Virus record (IMG/VR): IMGVR_UViG_3300020045_011333 | Span: 64,001 to 128,000 of that record | DNA from: a virus | DNA: 64,000 bases | Reading direction: 5' to 3' (one strand) | Part shown: piece by piece, positions 44,191-53,306 of the stretch | Position numbering within the stretch: the first letter of the stretch is position 1 | How the letters are laid out: each line of letters starts with the position of its first letter | The notes under the pieces: generated by a model | What the model was told of the DNA's origin: nothing | The model's input: the letters and a program-made list of their open reading frames with translations, nothing else | Databases searched by the model: none | Program-made: the position numbers and the translations under genes

Positions 44191-45531
44191 TCAAATTACT
44201 ACCGTTAGTTTTTCTGCGGCACGAGTGACTGCGGTATAAAGCCACCTATATGAATCATCTCTAAATACGTTTGATTCATCGTGCACTATTACGTGATCCC
44301 ATTGACTTCCCTGTGAAATATGTGCGGTCACAACCCACCCCCAATCAACGTGATGATGTTTTTTCTTAGCCTCAAATACGCTTCTTTTGTCCCCCGTAAA
44401 GCCACCAGATTGTCTAAGATAATGTTCTTCAAACAAAGCTTGAATAGTAGTTAAATTTCTTTTAACTCCATCTTCATCTGTTGCACTAAGCGCAAAAGTT
44501 GTTCCACCATTAATTAATTCGTAATCTCTATCGCAAGTTAGGAATGTACCATTAACTAAATCTAGTGCAACTCTTGAATTTTTTCTGCATAGTAAAGGCT
44601 CACCTTCCATAATACCTACAAGATCATAACCGGCTGCTTTTCTAATTTTTTGAGTTAAACTCCATCGTTTTTTATTAGTACCACAAATTATTTGTGGATT
44701 TAAATCCATGTTTAAAGTTTCGTTATCATTTTTTCTTTTTATAATTTTAACTGTATCTCCCCAATTCCCTACTTCTATATCTCCACCTTTTCTGATAAAA
44801 TCAGCTAAAGCAATGATTGGATTATCGGCTGCCTGCCTATGAATTTCAGTAAGTAATGCATCTGGATTGTTACCACAGAAGCCCCAAGACCCTGCAACAG
44901 GTGGTAATTGCCCCGGATCACCAATAGCAATAACTGGAATACCAAATGACATGATATCAGCAGCCATTTCTTCATTTATCATTGAGGATTCATCAGTTAC
45001 AATTAAACTCATTGTTCTAATAGGACTTTCAGAATTTAATTGCCAAGTAGGCCCATCAGTGCTAATATAAGCTTTATCTAGATCGTGATTTAATTGTTTT
45101 AGCATTTTTTGAGCAGCACCAATATCGTAACGATTACCTTCAAAAAATACATCGGGCGCTTTATATTCAGTAGCTGTATGTAAAGATTTACCTAAATCTT
45201 CAACCTTTTTTTGCAGAACCTCAGCCTTAAGACTTTTTGGTCTATAAATAGAAGAGTGGATAGTTTTGGCCGAAGCATCTAGACCCATGGCTCTGAGTTT
45301 AGATGTTAAAACTTTACTAGCTTTTCCGCTAGGAGCCATAAAGGCCACTTCAGAAGCCGATAAACCACATTGATCAATGATATGGGGAACAACTGTCGTT
45401 TTTCCTGTTCCAGCCGCACCAGCGAACCAAAAATATCCTGGCTCTTCTTCTTTAGCCATCAACTTAAACCAAGTACCAGCTTTCTTAACTTCCTTAAATT
45501 GGGAGTCCGTTAATGTTATCGTCACGCTCAT
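44191..45531 (-). CDS. SF1B (RecD/Dda-like) DNA helicase
   Basis: GAAGTGKT, TIHSSIY, IVTDESSM, IGDPGQLPPV, LTEIHRQA, TAHISQGSQW, YTAVTRA. Confidence 0.92.
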   Translation of the reverse strand: MSVTITLTDSQFKEVKKAGTWFKLMAKEEEPGYFWFAGAAGTGKTTVVPHIIDQCGLSASEVAFMAPSGKASKVLTSKLRAMGLDASAKTIHSSIYRPKSLKAEVLQKKVEDLGKSLHTATEYKAPDVFFEGNRYDIGAAQKMLKQLNHDLDKAYISTDGPTWQLNSESPIRTMSLIVTDESSMINEEMAADIMSFGIPVIAIGDPGQLPPVAGSWGFCGNNPDALLTEIHRQAADNPIIALADFIRKGGDIEVGNWGDTVKIIKRKNDNETLNMDLNPQIICGTNKKRWSLTQKIRKAAGYDLVGIMEGEPLLCRKNSRVALDLVNGTFLTCDRDYELINGGTTFALSATDEDGVKRNLTTIQALFEEHYLRQSGGFTGDKRSVFEAKKKHHHVDWGWVVTAHISQGSQWDHVIVHDESNVFRDDSYRWLYTAVTRAAEKLTVVI

Positions 45532-46586
45532 TCTCCCATAGTTTTAATGAAATTATTAATTAAAATAGTATTAGATTCTTCATTTGTTTTTATAGAAATA
45601 GTTTCTCCTATCCCTATATCGTTAATTCCTATAATATTTCTTTTCATTCCCAATGAAATTTTTTGATCATATTTATTTGCTTTTCTAAATAACATGAAAG
45701 GATTAAAGTTAGTCTGTACCGTTAATACATAAGAATTATTACCAGAACTAGTTAATCTTTTGTTTATGCGTTTAACAGCCTTTCCACCTAAAGATTCTAT
45801 GACAAATTTTAAATCATCTACTAAAAATTCACTAATATTTGTGAACGAGGCATGACCATTACTACATGAACCATCAGAATCCATTAAGCCCCTAATCAAA
45901 TCTATTCTATCTTCTTCTGAAGAATATTTGTAAATATTAGGAATTCTTTTATCTTTTCCAGCGACATCCATAGCAATATTTTTTATTTCAGCGTAAAACG
46001 GATTTAATTTCCAATGGTATTCTGTAAAAAATTCTTGCTCATTGATAAATTTAAATCTTTTACAGCCTTTTCCTTGATTTACTGAAAGCCTAATACCTTC
46101 AAATAACCTACATTCTATATTAGATTGAATTTCGTCAGCATCTTTATTTTCAATTGCTAAATTTGCTTCTCTACTATTTAATCCTCCGTCTCCCAATAAC
46201 AGCCCAATTATATAAGGGTCAATTTTTAAAATTTTAGAATTGTAAAAATTAACTGATGAGGATAACGGAATAGAAAAATTGCTTCTAAAGCCTTTACTGC
46301 GACCTTTACTAAGTTTTAGTACATCTTGTTTGATTAAATCTAAAGTGGAGTAAAATTTAGTATATTTATTTTCTCTTTTTCTAGCTTCGAATTTATGATC
46401 GCCAGAAGCTATAATTATAGATTTATCAAGTAAATTTATTTGGTAAATTTTTTCTTTATTTTTGATTAAACAGATGATACTAACCGTTTTACCATTAGAG
46501 TTGTATATTAAATCACCAATTTCAATTTCAATAATAGATCGAGGCCCTGAAGGTGTTTGAATAATAGTTTCAGTGCTTAATGCCAT
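45528..46586 (-). CDS. free-standing intein-derived LAGLIDADG endonuclease with degenerate Hint (splicing) domain
   Basis: MALSTETIIQTPSG..SI.EI.IGD (block A), IASGDH (block B), IIGLLLGDG and LIRGLMDSDG (LAGLIDADG), LINNFIKTMGE* (block G without HN). Confidence 0.8.
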   Translation of the reverse strand: MALSTETIIQTPSGPRSIIEIEIGDLIYNSNGKTVSIICLIKNKEKIYQINLLDKSIIIASGDHKFEARKRENKYTKFYSTLDLIKQDVLKLSKGRSKGFRSNFSIPLSSSVNFYNSKILKIDPYIIGLLLGDGGLNSREANLAIENKDADEIQSNIECRLFEGIRLSVNQGKGCKRFKFINEQEFFTEYHWKLNPFYAEIKNIAMDVAGKDKRIPNIYKYSSEEDRIDLIRGLMDSDGSCSNGHASFTNISEFLVDDLKFVIESLGGKAVKRINKRLTSSGNNSYVLTVQTNFNPFMLFRKANKYDQKISLGMKRNIIGINDIGIGETISIKTNEESNTILINNFIKTMGE

Positions 46587-46609
46587 AATAAATCCTTATA
46601 AACTCAAAG

Positions 46610-46638
46610 GCTATATCACAAGCCTTTGAGTTTGTCAA
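46610..46638 (-). promoter_or_regulatory. sigma70-type promoter overlapped by a 13-bp inverted repeat (46600-46633)
   Basis: Minus strand TTGACA-17 nt-TATAGC with TG; AAACTCAAAGGCT/AGCCTTTGAGTTT. Confidence 0.7.
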
Positions 46639-46658
46639 CTAATAAATTTTAAGATTTA

Positions 46659-47459
46659 TTATGCGAAGCGACGGCGACGGCGACCTTCGGTAGGAGCTTC
46701 TTCAGCCACTGCCTCTTCTTGTGCAGTCTTGTTAGACTTTACAGTTTCCTTGACTTCCTTAACCGCAGTTTCGTCTTCATCAGACTCATCATTATCGTAG
46801 TTATCTGGATTTTCAGCACCACCGAATTTTTCAGCTAATTCTTCTTCGCTAATCCAGTCAATAATTTTAAATGATGGAGCATAAGCACGGTCTTTTTTAC
46901 TCTTCGAATTTTTTGGGGTAAATTCCATGTTTTCGAACTTAACAATAGGATGAAGGTCTTCTCCATTATCACCAATATTTTGTCCCTTCATCATAGCTTT
47001 TCCGTAAGCCGCAAGAAGATTACCAAAAGCACGGAGACCACTTTTAGAACTATTTTTAAAAAGAAGTTGTTCACCTTCCTTAAGTTCGACTACTTCAAAG
47101 CTAATTTGCTCCTGCCAACCATCGTCATCGGAAGAATAAGGTCCGTGGTCTTCAAGTTGATTTTTAGGAGTAGGATTTCCGTCTAGTACTCTTACCATAT
47201 CTTCACCAACAACAGTTGAATCAGACCAGCAAATATGGCCACGTTTAGCGGAATTCATATTTACAGTACCTTCCCAACCATCATCTAGTTCTTCCTTACC
47301 AGCGCCATAAGTATACTCACCATTTTTGCCGCTAAAGCTTAAAAATGTTAGTCCTTCATTTCCGCCGCCAAGTGCTGACGCGGCCTGCATAAACGGATTG
47401 CCATTAGAGACAGTAGTTGATACAGAATTGTTATTACGTGTTGCAATTTCATTTGCCAT
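46659..47459 (-). CDS. putative single-stranded DNA-binding/annealing protein
   Basis: Beta-rich core, acidic C-terminal tail, position in the replication module. Confidence 0.55.
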   Translation of the reverse strand: MANEIATRNNNSVSTTVSNGNPFMQAASALGGGNEGLTFLSFSGKNGEYTYGAGKEELDDGWEGTVNMNSAKRGHICWSDSTVVGEDMVRVLDGNPTPKNQLEDHGPYSSDDDGWQEQISFEVVELKEGEQLLFKNSSKSGLRAFGNLLAAYGKAMMKGQNIGDNGEDLHPIVKFENMEFTPKNSKSKKDRAYAPSFKIIDWISEEELAEKFGGAENPDNYDNDESDEDETAVKEVKETVKSNKTAQEEAVAEEAPTEGRRRRRFA

Positions 47460-47554
47460 TTTATAGTTTACTCTTTCAAAGTTTCTTGTTCGTTTGTTTA
47501 AGTTTTTGTCTCTACAATTTATTATTTATTAAAGCCCTAGAGACGATTAGACTT

Positions 47555-47971
47555 TTAATTCTTTACTCTTTGATCTTTAGCATCAATAGTATATGGCAAA
47601 GATTCAAACCTAGGGTTTTTGTTTGCCAGTTCAAGTTTTTGTAAGGGCGTTAGATTCTTAATTTGTCGCTTGGAAAACCCTAAATCACTCTTAGTATTTT
47701 CAACTATAATGTTAATACCAAAACCAGTAGGTATTACAGAAATAACTTTATCTGTGGCTTCTAAATCATATAAAATGTCTAGGATTTCCTCTGGCTTAGT
47801 AATTTCAAAAATGTGAAATCTCTCTTCTTTATCAGCTAATTCTGATGTTAAAGTTTTAACAGATTCACTATATAGATATGTTAAACCTTCACCAAATTCA
47901 TGAGAATAGTCCTTATCTAAAGTTTCTTTTAATAATTGTAATGTACTCAATATTAATTTTCTATCCATCAC
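47555..47971 (-). CDS. hypothetical protein containing a copy of the scaffold C-terminal motif
   Basis: NLTPLQKLELANKN vs scaffold NLSALQKLELANRN. Confidence 0.7.
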   Translation of the reverse strand: MMDRKLILSTLQLLKETLDKDYSHEFGEGLTYLYSESVKTLTSELADKEERFHIFEITKPEEILDILYDLEATDKVISVIPTGFGINIIVENTKSDLGFSKRQIKNLTPLQKLELANKNPRFESLPYTIDAKDQRVKN

Positions 47972-49065
47972 TTCATCTTCTTTGTTGTTACGCGAAGCAC
48001 TTCAAAACCTTCGCCTTGTTTCTCATATTTAGAAAGATCGATACCATCATCTTCCATTGCTTCACGATCCAGTCCAGTTCTACCTTTTTGAGTCGTATAC
48101 GTAACATTCCATTCGCCATTGGTATCTTTAAGATTCTTTGTCCCTAATTTCTTTAGGAATTCTTTCATCTCAAGACGGACACGTTCAACTTCCATTTCAG
48201 CTAGTTTGGCTCGTTCTTTGAAGTCTTGTTCCTGAGTGACTAGTTTAGCCATTAAAGCGCGGTCTTTATCAAGAGCAACTTTATCAAAAGATTCTGTAGG
48301 AACAGCAGCTAAATTAATTCCGTTACAACGCTTTTGATATGGACAAAATTTACATCCACCTGTAATCTTACCTTCAGCGGCTAGGTCTTCTGGCTTAGTT
48401 GCAGCAAATACTTTACGCGATCTAACTTTAGCAGCGGCATAGGTCTTTTCGTCAAATCTGACGACAAACGGTGTGATATTATCCAAAAATGACGCATCAA
48501 TATAAAGAATGACAGCGTATCGTGGCTGAAAATCAGTTTGTTCTCTGATAAGTCCCATCTGAACATTTACCTGTCCACGGTGGATAGCTTTTTCTTCAGT
48601 TAGACTTACGCGAGGATCAATTGACTTTACTTCAACCGTGATGCAATCTGATTCAATATCTTCAATACCATAAAGCTTTAAGGCATCAGAAGGAAGACCG
48701 GCAATGAGACCATCAGGTGTGGCACTAAGCTTATTAACTTCATCTAGGAATGTGGTTTGATCACTTTGACCAGCACCAATAAGATCAACACCTTCAGGAA
48801 GCCCTACATCTAGTGCAGGTACGACATAGAAATCTTCGATTAGATTTCCACGTTCCATCGCTCCCCAAGATTGATCGAAATCAGCATCTTGCTCAAACTT
48901 ATTCTTTTTGAAATAAGCTTTTCTAAGACAATCAAAAACTTCCGACGCACCCATAGAAAGATTACGGTCATACATCCAAGTCTTTTGCTTACCAGCGGAA
49001 GACATATAATTATTAAAGATTTTATCGAAGTCCAGAATTTTGGAATTATCATTTACGCTGACCAT
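47968..49065 (-). CDS. Cas4-like PD-(D/E)xK exonuclease
   Basis: ASEVFDCLRK, ATPDGL, VEVKS, Q...Q motif, CKFCPYQKRC Fe-S cysteines. Confidence 0.85.
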   Translation of the reverse strand: MVSVNDNSKILDFDKIFNNYMSSAGKQKTWMYDRNLSMGASEVFDCLRKAYFKKNKFEQDADFDQSWGAMERGNLIEDFYVVPALDVGLPEGVDLIGAGQSDQTTFLDEVNKLSATPDGLIAGLPSDALKLYGIEDIESDCITVEVKSIDPRVSLTEEKAIHRGQVNVQMGLIREQTDFQPRYAVILYIDASFLDNITPFVVRFDEKTYAAAKVRSRKVFAATKPEDLAAEGKITGGCKFCPYQKRCNGINLAAVPTESFDKVALDKDRALMAKLVTQEQDFKERAKLAEMEVERVRLEMKEFLKKLGTKNLKDTNGEWNVTYTTQKGRTGLDREAMEDDGIDLSKYEKQGEGFEVLRVTTKKMK

Positions 49066-49652
49066 TTTAATTCCTTTGGTTCGAAATTATCTACTAGACA
49101 TTGATAAACTCTAGCGCATGCTCTAACATCAACCATGGCATCGTGCGCCCCATCAATATTTTCTTTAAAGAAGTATGTCATGCATTCTTGAAGCGAAGGC
49201 CACTTATAACCTTTTCCGTGGTGCTTAGGTTTTGGAATTCTAAGAATACTTGTTGTAGCTTCCTTGGTACAACGAAGTTCTGTACCACTAAAAATATTAC
49301 CATCCATCTTAGCATTGAAAGCTGCATGAGCCATGACAAGAGCATCGAATGACATATTGTGAGCCACAGCCACATCAGCAATATCAAGAAAATCACAAAA
49401 GATTTCTAATGCGTTCTCGTTAGAGACACCAAACTCTTGTGCCATTTCCATTGAAATTCCGTGAGTTTCTTGAGCCTTTGGCTGGATCGGAGCTAAAGGA
49501 ATTACCATAGTCTTTAATGTAGCTATTTCATTATGATTGCTATCGAAGAGAATGGCACCTAATTGAACCAGCTTACAATGTCGGGAATCGTAAGCCGGTG
49601 CGCCCCACTGAACTAAACCAGTGGTTTCTGTATCAAATACTAAATATTTCAT
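49053..49652 (-). CDS. DEDDh 3'-5' exonuclease (DnaQ-like)
   Basis: FDTETTGL, VAHNMSFD, AHDAMVDV. Confidence 0.92.
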   Translation of the reverse strand: MKYLVFDTETTGLVQWGAPAYDSRHCKLVQLGAILFDSNHNEIATLKTMVIPLAPIQPKAQETHGISMEMAQEFGVSNENALEIFCDFLDIADVAVAHNMSFDALVMAHAAFNAKMDGNIFSGTELRCTKEATTSILRIPKPKHHGKGYKWPSLQECMTYFFKENIDGAHDAMVDVRACARVYQCLVDNFEPKELKWSA

Positions 49653-49654
49653 TA

Positions 49655-49927
49655 TTACTTTCCTTCGCCACGCATATTGCGAAGGATGATTTTGGCTTGT
49701 TCTTCAGTGAGAACGCCATCTTCTTCATCTTGAAGTACTTGCTGCATATCCTCATTATCTAAGTCTTCAGCTCTTAGTTTTTCGAGCGTAGCTAAGAATG
49801 TGGGCATGAATTCTGCATAAAATAACCAAAGGCCATTTTTAACACCAAGAGCGGTGGAGACTGCATTAAGGAATACGAACGTACCGCAGCCAAAAAGAAA
49901 GGCCACAAAATATAAAATAATTTCCAT
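49655..49927 (-). CDS. hypothetical membrane protein
   Basis: N-terminal hydrophobic segment. Confidence 0.55.
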   Translation of the reverse strand: MEIILYFVAFLFGCGTFVFLNAVSTALGVKNGLWLFYAEFMPTFLATLEKLRAEDLDNEDMQQVLQDEEDGVLTEEQAKIILRNMRGEGK

Positions 49928-49958
49928 TTACTACTTTTCTTTTCTAATTTATGAGGGA

Positions 49959-49987
49959 ACTATATCATAGGAAGTTTAAAATGTCAA
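49959..49987 (-). promoter_or_regulatory. sigma70-type promoter
   Basis: Minus strand TTGACA-17 nt-TATAGT with TG. Confidence 0.8.
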
Positions 49988-50014
49988 GGATTAATTTTAA
50001 GTTTTTGAAAGTTT

Positions 50015-52078
50015 TTAGTGAGTCGAACCCCAATTCAAACCAATCTTATATTCAGCCGCAACAGGTAATTTAAATTTAAAATAATCACCCGCTTCACCTG
50101 CCGCCACGGCTGAAATTTCACCAGCTTCTTTAGCAATTGCCTCTAGAACTGAAACCTGAATCTCATCATGCACAAAGGCCATCATGGCAAAATCACCATC
50201 CCAAGAATGGACGTAACCCTTTGATTCCATTATTTCTTCAAATAACAGAACCCATTTCTTAGCAATCATAGCACCAGCGTTTTGAAGCAAAGTATTAAGT
50301 GCTGCGTGTTGCGCTCTGATATAGAGACGGCGACCATCAATACCTTCAATGAAACCACGACGAGCTTCATTTTTAAGAAGTTTCATTAGTTTTTTAAGAG
50401 CAGGAATGTTTCTTAAGAATTTTTCTGTTAGTTCTTTTCCAATACGAATTTGAGTCGCTTGGTTTGAAAAAGGTGCAACTATAGATCCTATTTTTTCTGG
50501 TCCTGCACCATAAAGTAGAGCGTATATGAATGTCTTCGCTTGGTCACGACTTTCCAAACCAGCAGCGTTCATATTGACGGTATGGATATCACCTTCAAGC
50601 AATTCACGGCCATATTCGCCATCGTCAAACTGAGCCATGTAGTGAGCTAAGCAGCGAAGTTCGATACCAGACAAGTCAGAACCCATCATGACGAATGGCG
50701 ACGTAGTATAGAACAATGAGCGGCACTCATAGCCCCATCCACCTTCACGGCCCATCTTGATATTCTTATTCTTGTCTTTTGAGATAGCAGGAACTTGTCC
50801 AAGATTTGGCTTAGCGTGAGTACAACGACCTGTTACAGCACCACAAGGATTAACATAATGATGGATTTTATTTTCAGGCGTAACTAGTTTTAGCCAACCA
50901 TTATCACCATCTGCTAATTGACCTAATGTCTTGTTGACACTAAAATAATCGGCTAGAGTTGTAGCAATTGGGAATTGTTCTGAAGCATTTTTTAAAATAA
51001 TATCATCGATTTTGATATTACCTTTTTCAGTGAAGTCTTGAGGTTCCCAACCTTGTTCCATAAGTCTTGCCGCGACTTGCTGGCGAGAACCGGGATTAAA
51101 TTCTTTAAAGAAAATAGGCGTGAAGGGACAACCAGCCGTTCTATCACCACGGGCAGGGTCTTTATATTTTAGTGTACGTTTAGGAATAGTCATAGCTTCG
51201 ACTGGTTTATCTTGTGCATGATTAGCCAGAATTTCATAAACCATGTCTTCTAGTTCAGGATTGTTTATCGTGTCCCAATCTATTTCATTATAAGATTCTC
51301 TAAGTTTACCATAAGTTGTTTTACCTACAGCTTCCATTCGTGAAGGAAAATTTTCTTCACATTCTGTGGTAATTTTTTCTTTGCCATCGCGAAGTTCTTT
51401 TTCTAGAACTAGTGCAGCTTCAACATTAAAAGGAAAACCATTGGCTTCCTGCCTAACGCAATAATCAGCAAATTCATGTTCGAAGATAATAGGGAATTCT
51501 GGGTATGCCTGTTCCATAAGCATCTCCCAAAGAACAACGGTTACTTCAACGTCATTAGCGCAATATTCGTCCAGTTCTTCAGTGTAATTTCCCCACACAT
51601 AATCAAGAATTTCATCTTCATCTGTAATGCCTAGAAGTTTAGCTTCTTTTTCTTTTTTATCTGCATAATCTCCCTTGTATTTACCAACACGATAGCCCCA
51701 ACTATCGAGACTATGCTTGCCGATGAATTTAGCAGGGATTACACCACGCTCATGGAGGCGGAAATCCAGTTCTTTTTGGTGAGAAAACATGACACGAGTC
51801 ATGACAAGACTATCGCGAATCTTACCCTTAAGTTCAAATTGAGGATAAAGTTTTGATAATGCAGGAATATCGAATCCTAGCCCGTTGTGAGCCACGACCA
51901 TATCAGCGTCTTCTAAAAGAGCTAATCCTTCTTCGATATTGTGTTGTAGAAATTTAAACTTGCGCCCCGTTTCGAATTCTGTGATATGCATGACGTGAAC
52001 CTTCGTGATTCGGTTCAAAAGTCCGTCAGATTCTATATCGAAAATAGCTGTTTTTAATTTAATTTTTTTCTTTGACAT
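50015..52078 (-). CDS. T7-type family A DNA polymerase with 3'-5' exonuclease and thumb insertion
   Basis: FDIESDG, HNGLGFDIP, DLSGIELR, RDQAKTFIYALLYGAG (Tyr at the 762-equivalent position), VHDEIQ. Confidence 0.95.
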   Translation of the reverse strand: MSKKKIKLKTAIFDIESDGLLNRITKVHVMHITEFETGRKFKFLQHNIEEGLALLEDADMVVAHNGLGFDIPALSKLYPQFELKGKIRDSLVMTRVMFSHQKELDFRLHERGVIPAKFIGKHSLDSWGYRVGKYKGDYADKKEKEAKLLGITDEDEILDYVWGNYTEELDEYCANDVEVTVVLWEMLMEQAYPEFPIIFEHEFADYCVRQEANGFPFNVEAALVLEKELRDGKEKITTECEENFPSRMEAVGKTTYGKLRESYNEIDWDTINNPELEDMVYEILANHAQDKPVEAMTIPKRTLKYKDPARGDRTAGCPFTPIFFKEFNPGSRQQVAARLMEQGWEPQDFTEKGNIKIDDIILKNASEQFPIATTLADYFSVNKTLGQLADGDNGWLKLVTPENKIHHYVNPCGAVTGRCTHAKPNLGQVPAISKDKNKNIKMGREGGWGYECRSLFYTTSPFVMMGSDLSGIELRCLAHYMAQFDDGEYGRELLEGDIHTVNMNAAGLESRDQAKTFIYALLYGAGPEKIGSIVAPFSNQATQIRIGKELTEKFLRNIPALKKLMKLLKNEARRGFIEGIDGRRLYIRAQHAALNTLLQNAGAMIAKKWVLLFEEIMESKGYVHSWDGDFAMMAFVHDEIQVSVLEAIAKEAGEISAVAAGEAGDYFKFKLPVAAEYKIGLNWGSTH

Positions 52079-52358
52079 TATTTTTAGGGGACCAGTCTTC
52101 TATAGTATGTCTATCTTTACAGCCATTATGACCATTTATAATTTTATTAATTACTTTTTTAGAGAAATCTTCGAAGATACATTCTCGTATGATATGATTA
52201 TCATAATCTTTTACGTTTATCCCCATTTCTTCTAATTCTTCTTCATCAAAGGAATTGAACAGGCCCCAAAACATATCTCTTAAAGAATAATGTTTGACAA
52301 CATCGCTATTAATGATGTAATAGAGTTGCCAAAGATTTATATCAGTTGGCCCTGACAT
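52059..52358 (-). CDS. hypothetical protein
   Basis: 99-aa ORF in operon. Confidence 0.55.
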   Translation of the reverse strand: MSGPTDINLWQLYYIINSDVVKHYSLRDMFWGLFNSFDEEELEEMGINVKDYDNHIIRECIFEDFSKKVINKIINGHNGCKDRHTIEDWSPKNNVKEKN

Positions 52359-53008
52359 TAAGATTCTCTAATTTCTAGAAATCCAGTTGTATCATCTAGT
52401 GCGAGCGGGATAATCCATTTAAGATTCGGAACAATATCAGGAAGATTATTTAAATCGAACCATTCAACGATTTCACCATCACCTTCAGTATTTTCAATAG
52501 TTATATCTTGATCTCTATCTAAATAAGTTTTATAACAATAAAGCTCATAATCATTGCCATCATCTGATGTGCCACGTTGAACTGCGAATTTTAGCCATTG
52601 ATGAGCTTTTGTACTAAGACCAGTTTCTTCTTTGAATTCACGAGCCATAGCAAATTCAGGATAAGTGTCGTAAGATTCTATTTTACCTCCTACACCATTC
52701 CACCGACCAATAACGTATGATGGACCTTTAGTTTTTAGAATGAGAGCTACTTTATTCCCTGAAAATGTAAAATTTACACCTTTATCTCGCCAAAACGCTA
52801 GTCCTAGCACATATTTCTTAGCAGCGGTTTGATAATCCCATATCGGATATTTTTGAGGTAAGTTTTGACAGTCTTTTAATGTTAAATTGAAGATTCTCCC
52901 ATCACTCAGCTTATAACTACCACCTTCTCCACCTTTTCCAGTGGCCCAACCTTCCACAACACCAAATTCATTATTAGCTTGAACAAATTCTTTAGATTTC
53001 TTTGTCAC
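52358..53008 (-). CDS. Nudix hydrolase with short N-terminal extra module
   Basis: WNGVGGKIE...AMAREFKEETGL Nudix box. Confidence 0.85.
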   Translation of the reverse strand: MTKKSKEFVQANNEFGVVEGWATGKGGEGGSYKLSDGRIFNLTLKDCQNLPQKYPIWDYQTAAKKYVLGLAFWRDKGVNFTFSGNKVALILKTKGPSYVIGRWNGVGGKIESYDTYPEFAMAREFKEETGLSTKAHQWLKFAVQRGTSDDGNDYELYCYKTYLDRDQDITIENTEGDGEIVEWFDLNNLPDIVPNLKWIIPLALDDTTGFLEIRES

Positions 53009-53178
53009 TTTTTTAACTTTCTAATTCTTTTAGCATCAGCCAATGCAATAGGATGAGCCACACCTGTATTACTTAAATGAAAATATTCAATTTCTAACGC
53101 GGCTGCTTCAATCGCCGCGTTCCAGATTTCTATTTCTTTTCTACGATCATCGTCAGATTGAAAAAAGCTACTCAGCAT
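53005..53178 (-). CDS. small hypothetical protein (57 aa), not in ORF track
   Basis: MLSSFFQSDDDRRKEIEIWNAAIEAAALEIE...KLKK; the TGA overlaps the GTG start of the Nudix gene. Confidence 0.6.
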   Translation of the reverse strand: MLSSFFQSDDDRRKEIEIWNAAIEAAALEIEYFHLSNTGVAHPIALADAKRIRKLKK

Positions 53179-53306
53179 AAGGAATGTATCCTGAAATAAT
53201 AACTAAAGAAGTATCCACGCCCGTTTTCTTTAAATTTTTAGCTATATAAGGCGGAACTATTAATTTAAATTCTAAAGCTTTCAGCCAACCTTCAATATTT
53301 TCTTTT

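Noticed and set aside
37551-52078. Group I introns or true inteins in nrdA, nrdB, thyX, helicase or polymerase
   Set aside because: Each ORF is continuous and of normal length; both endonucleases in this span lie between genes
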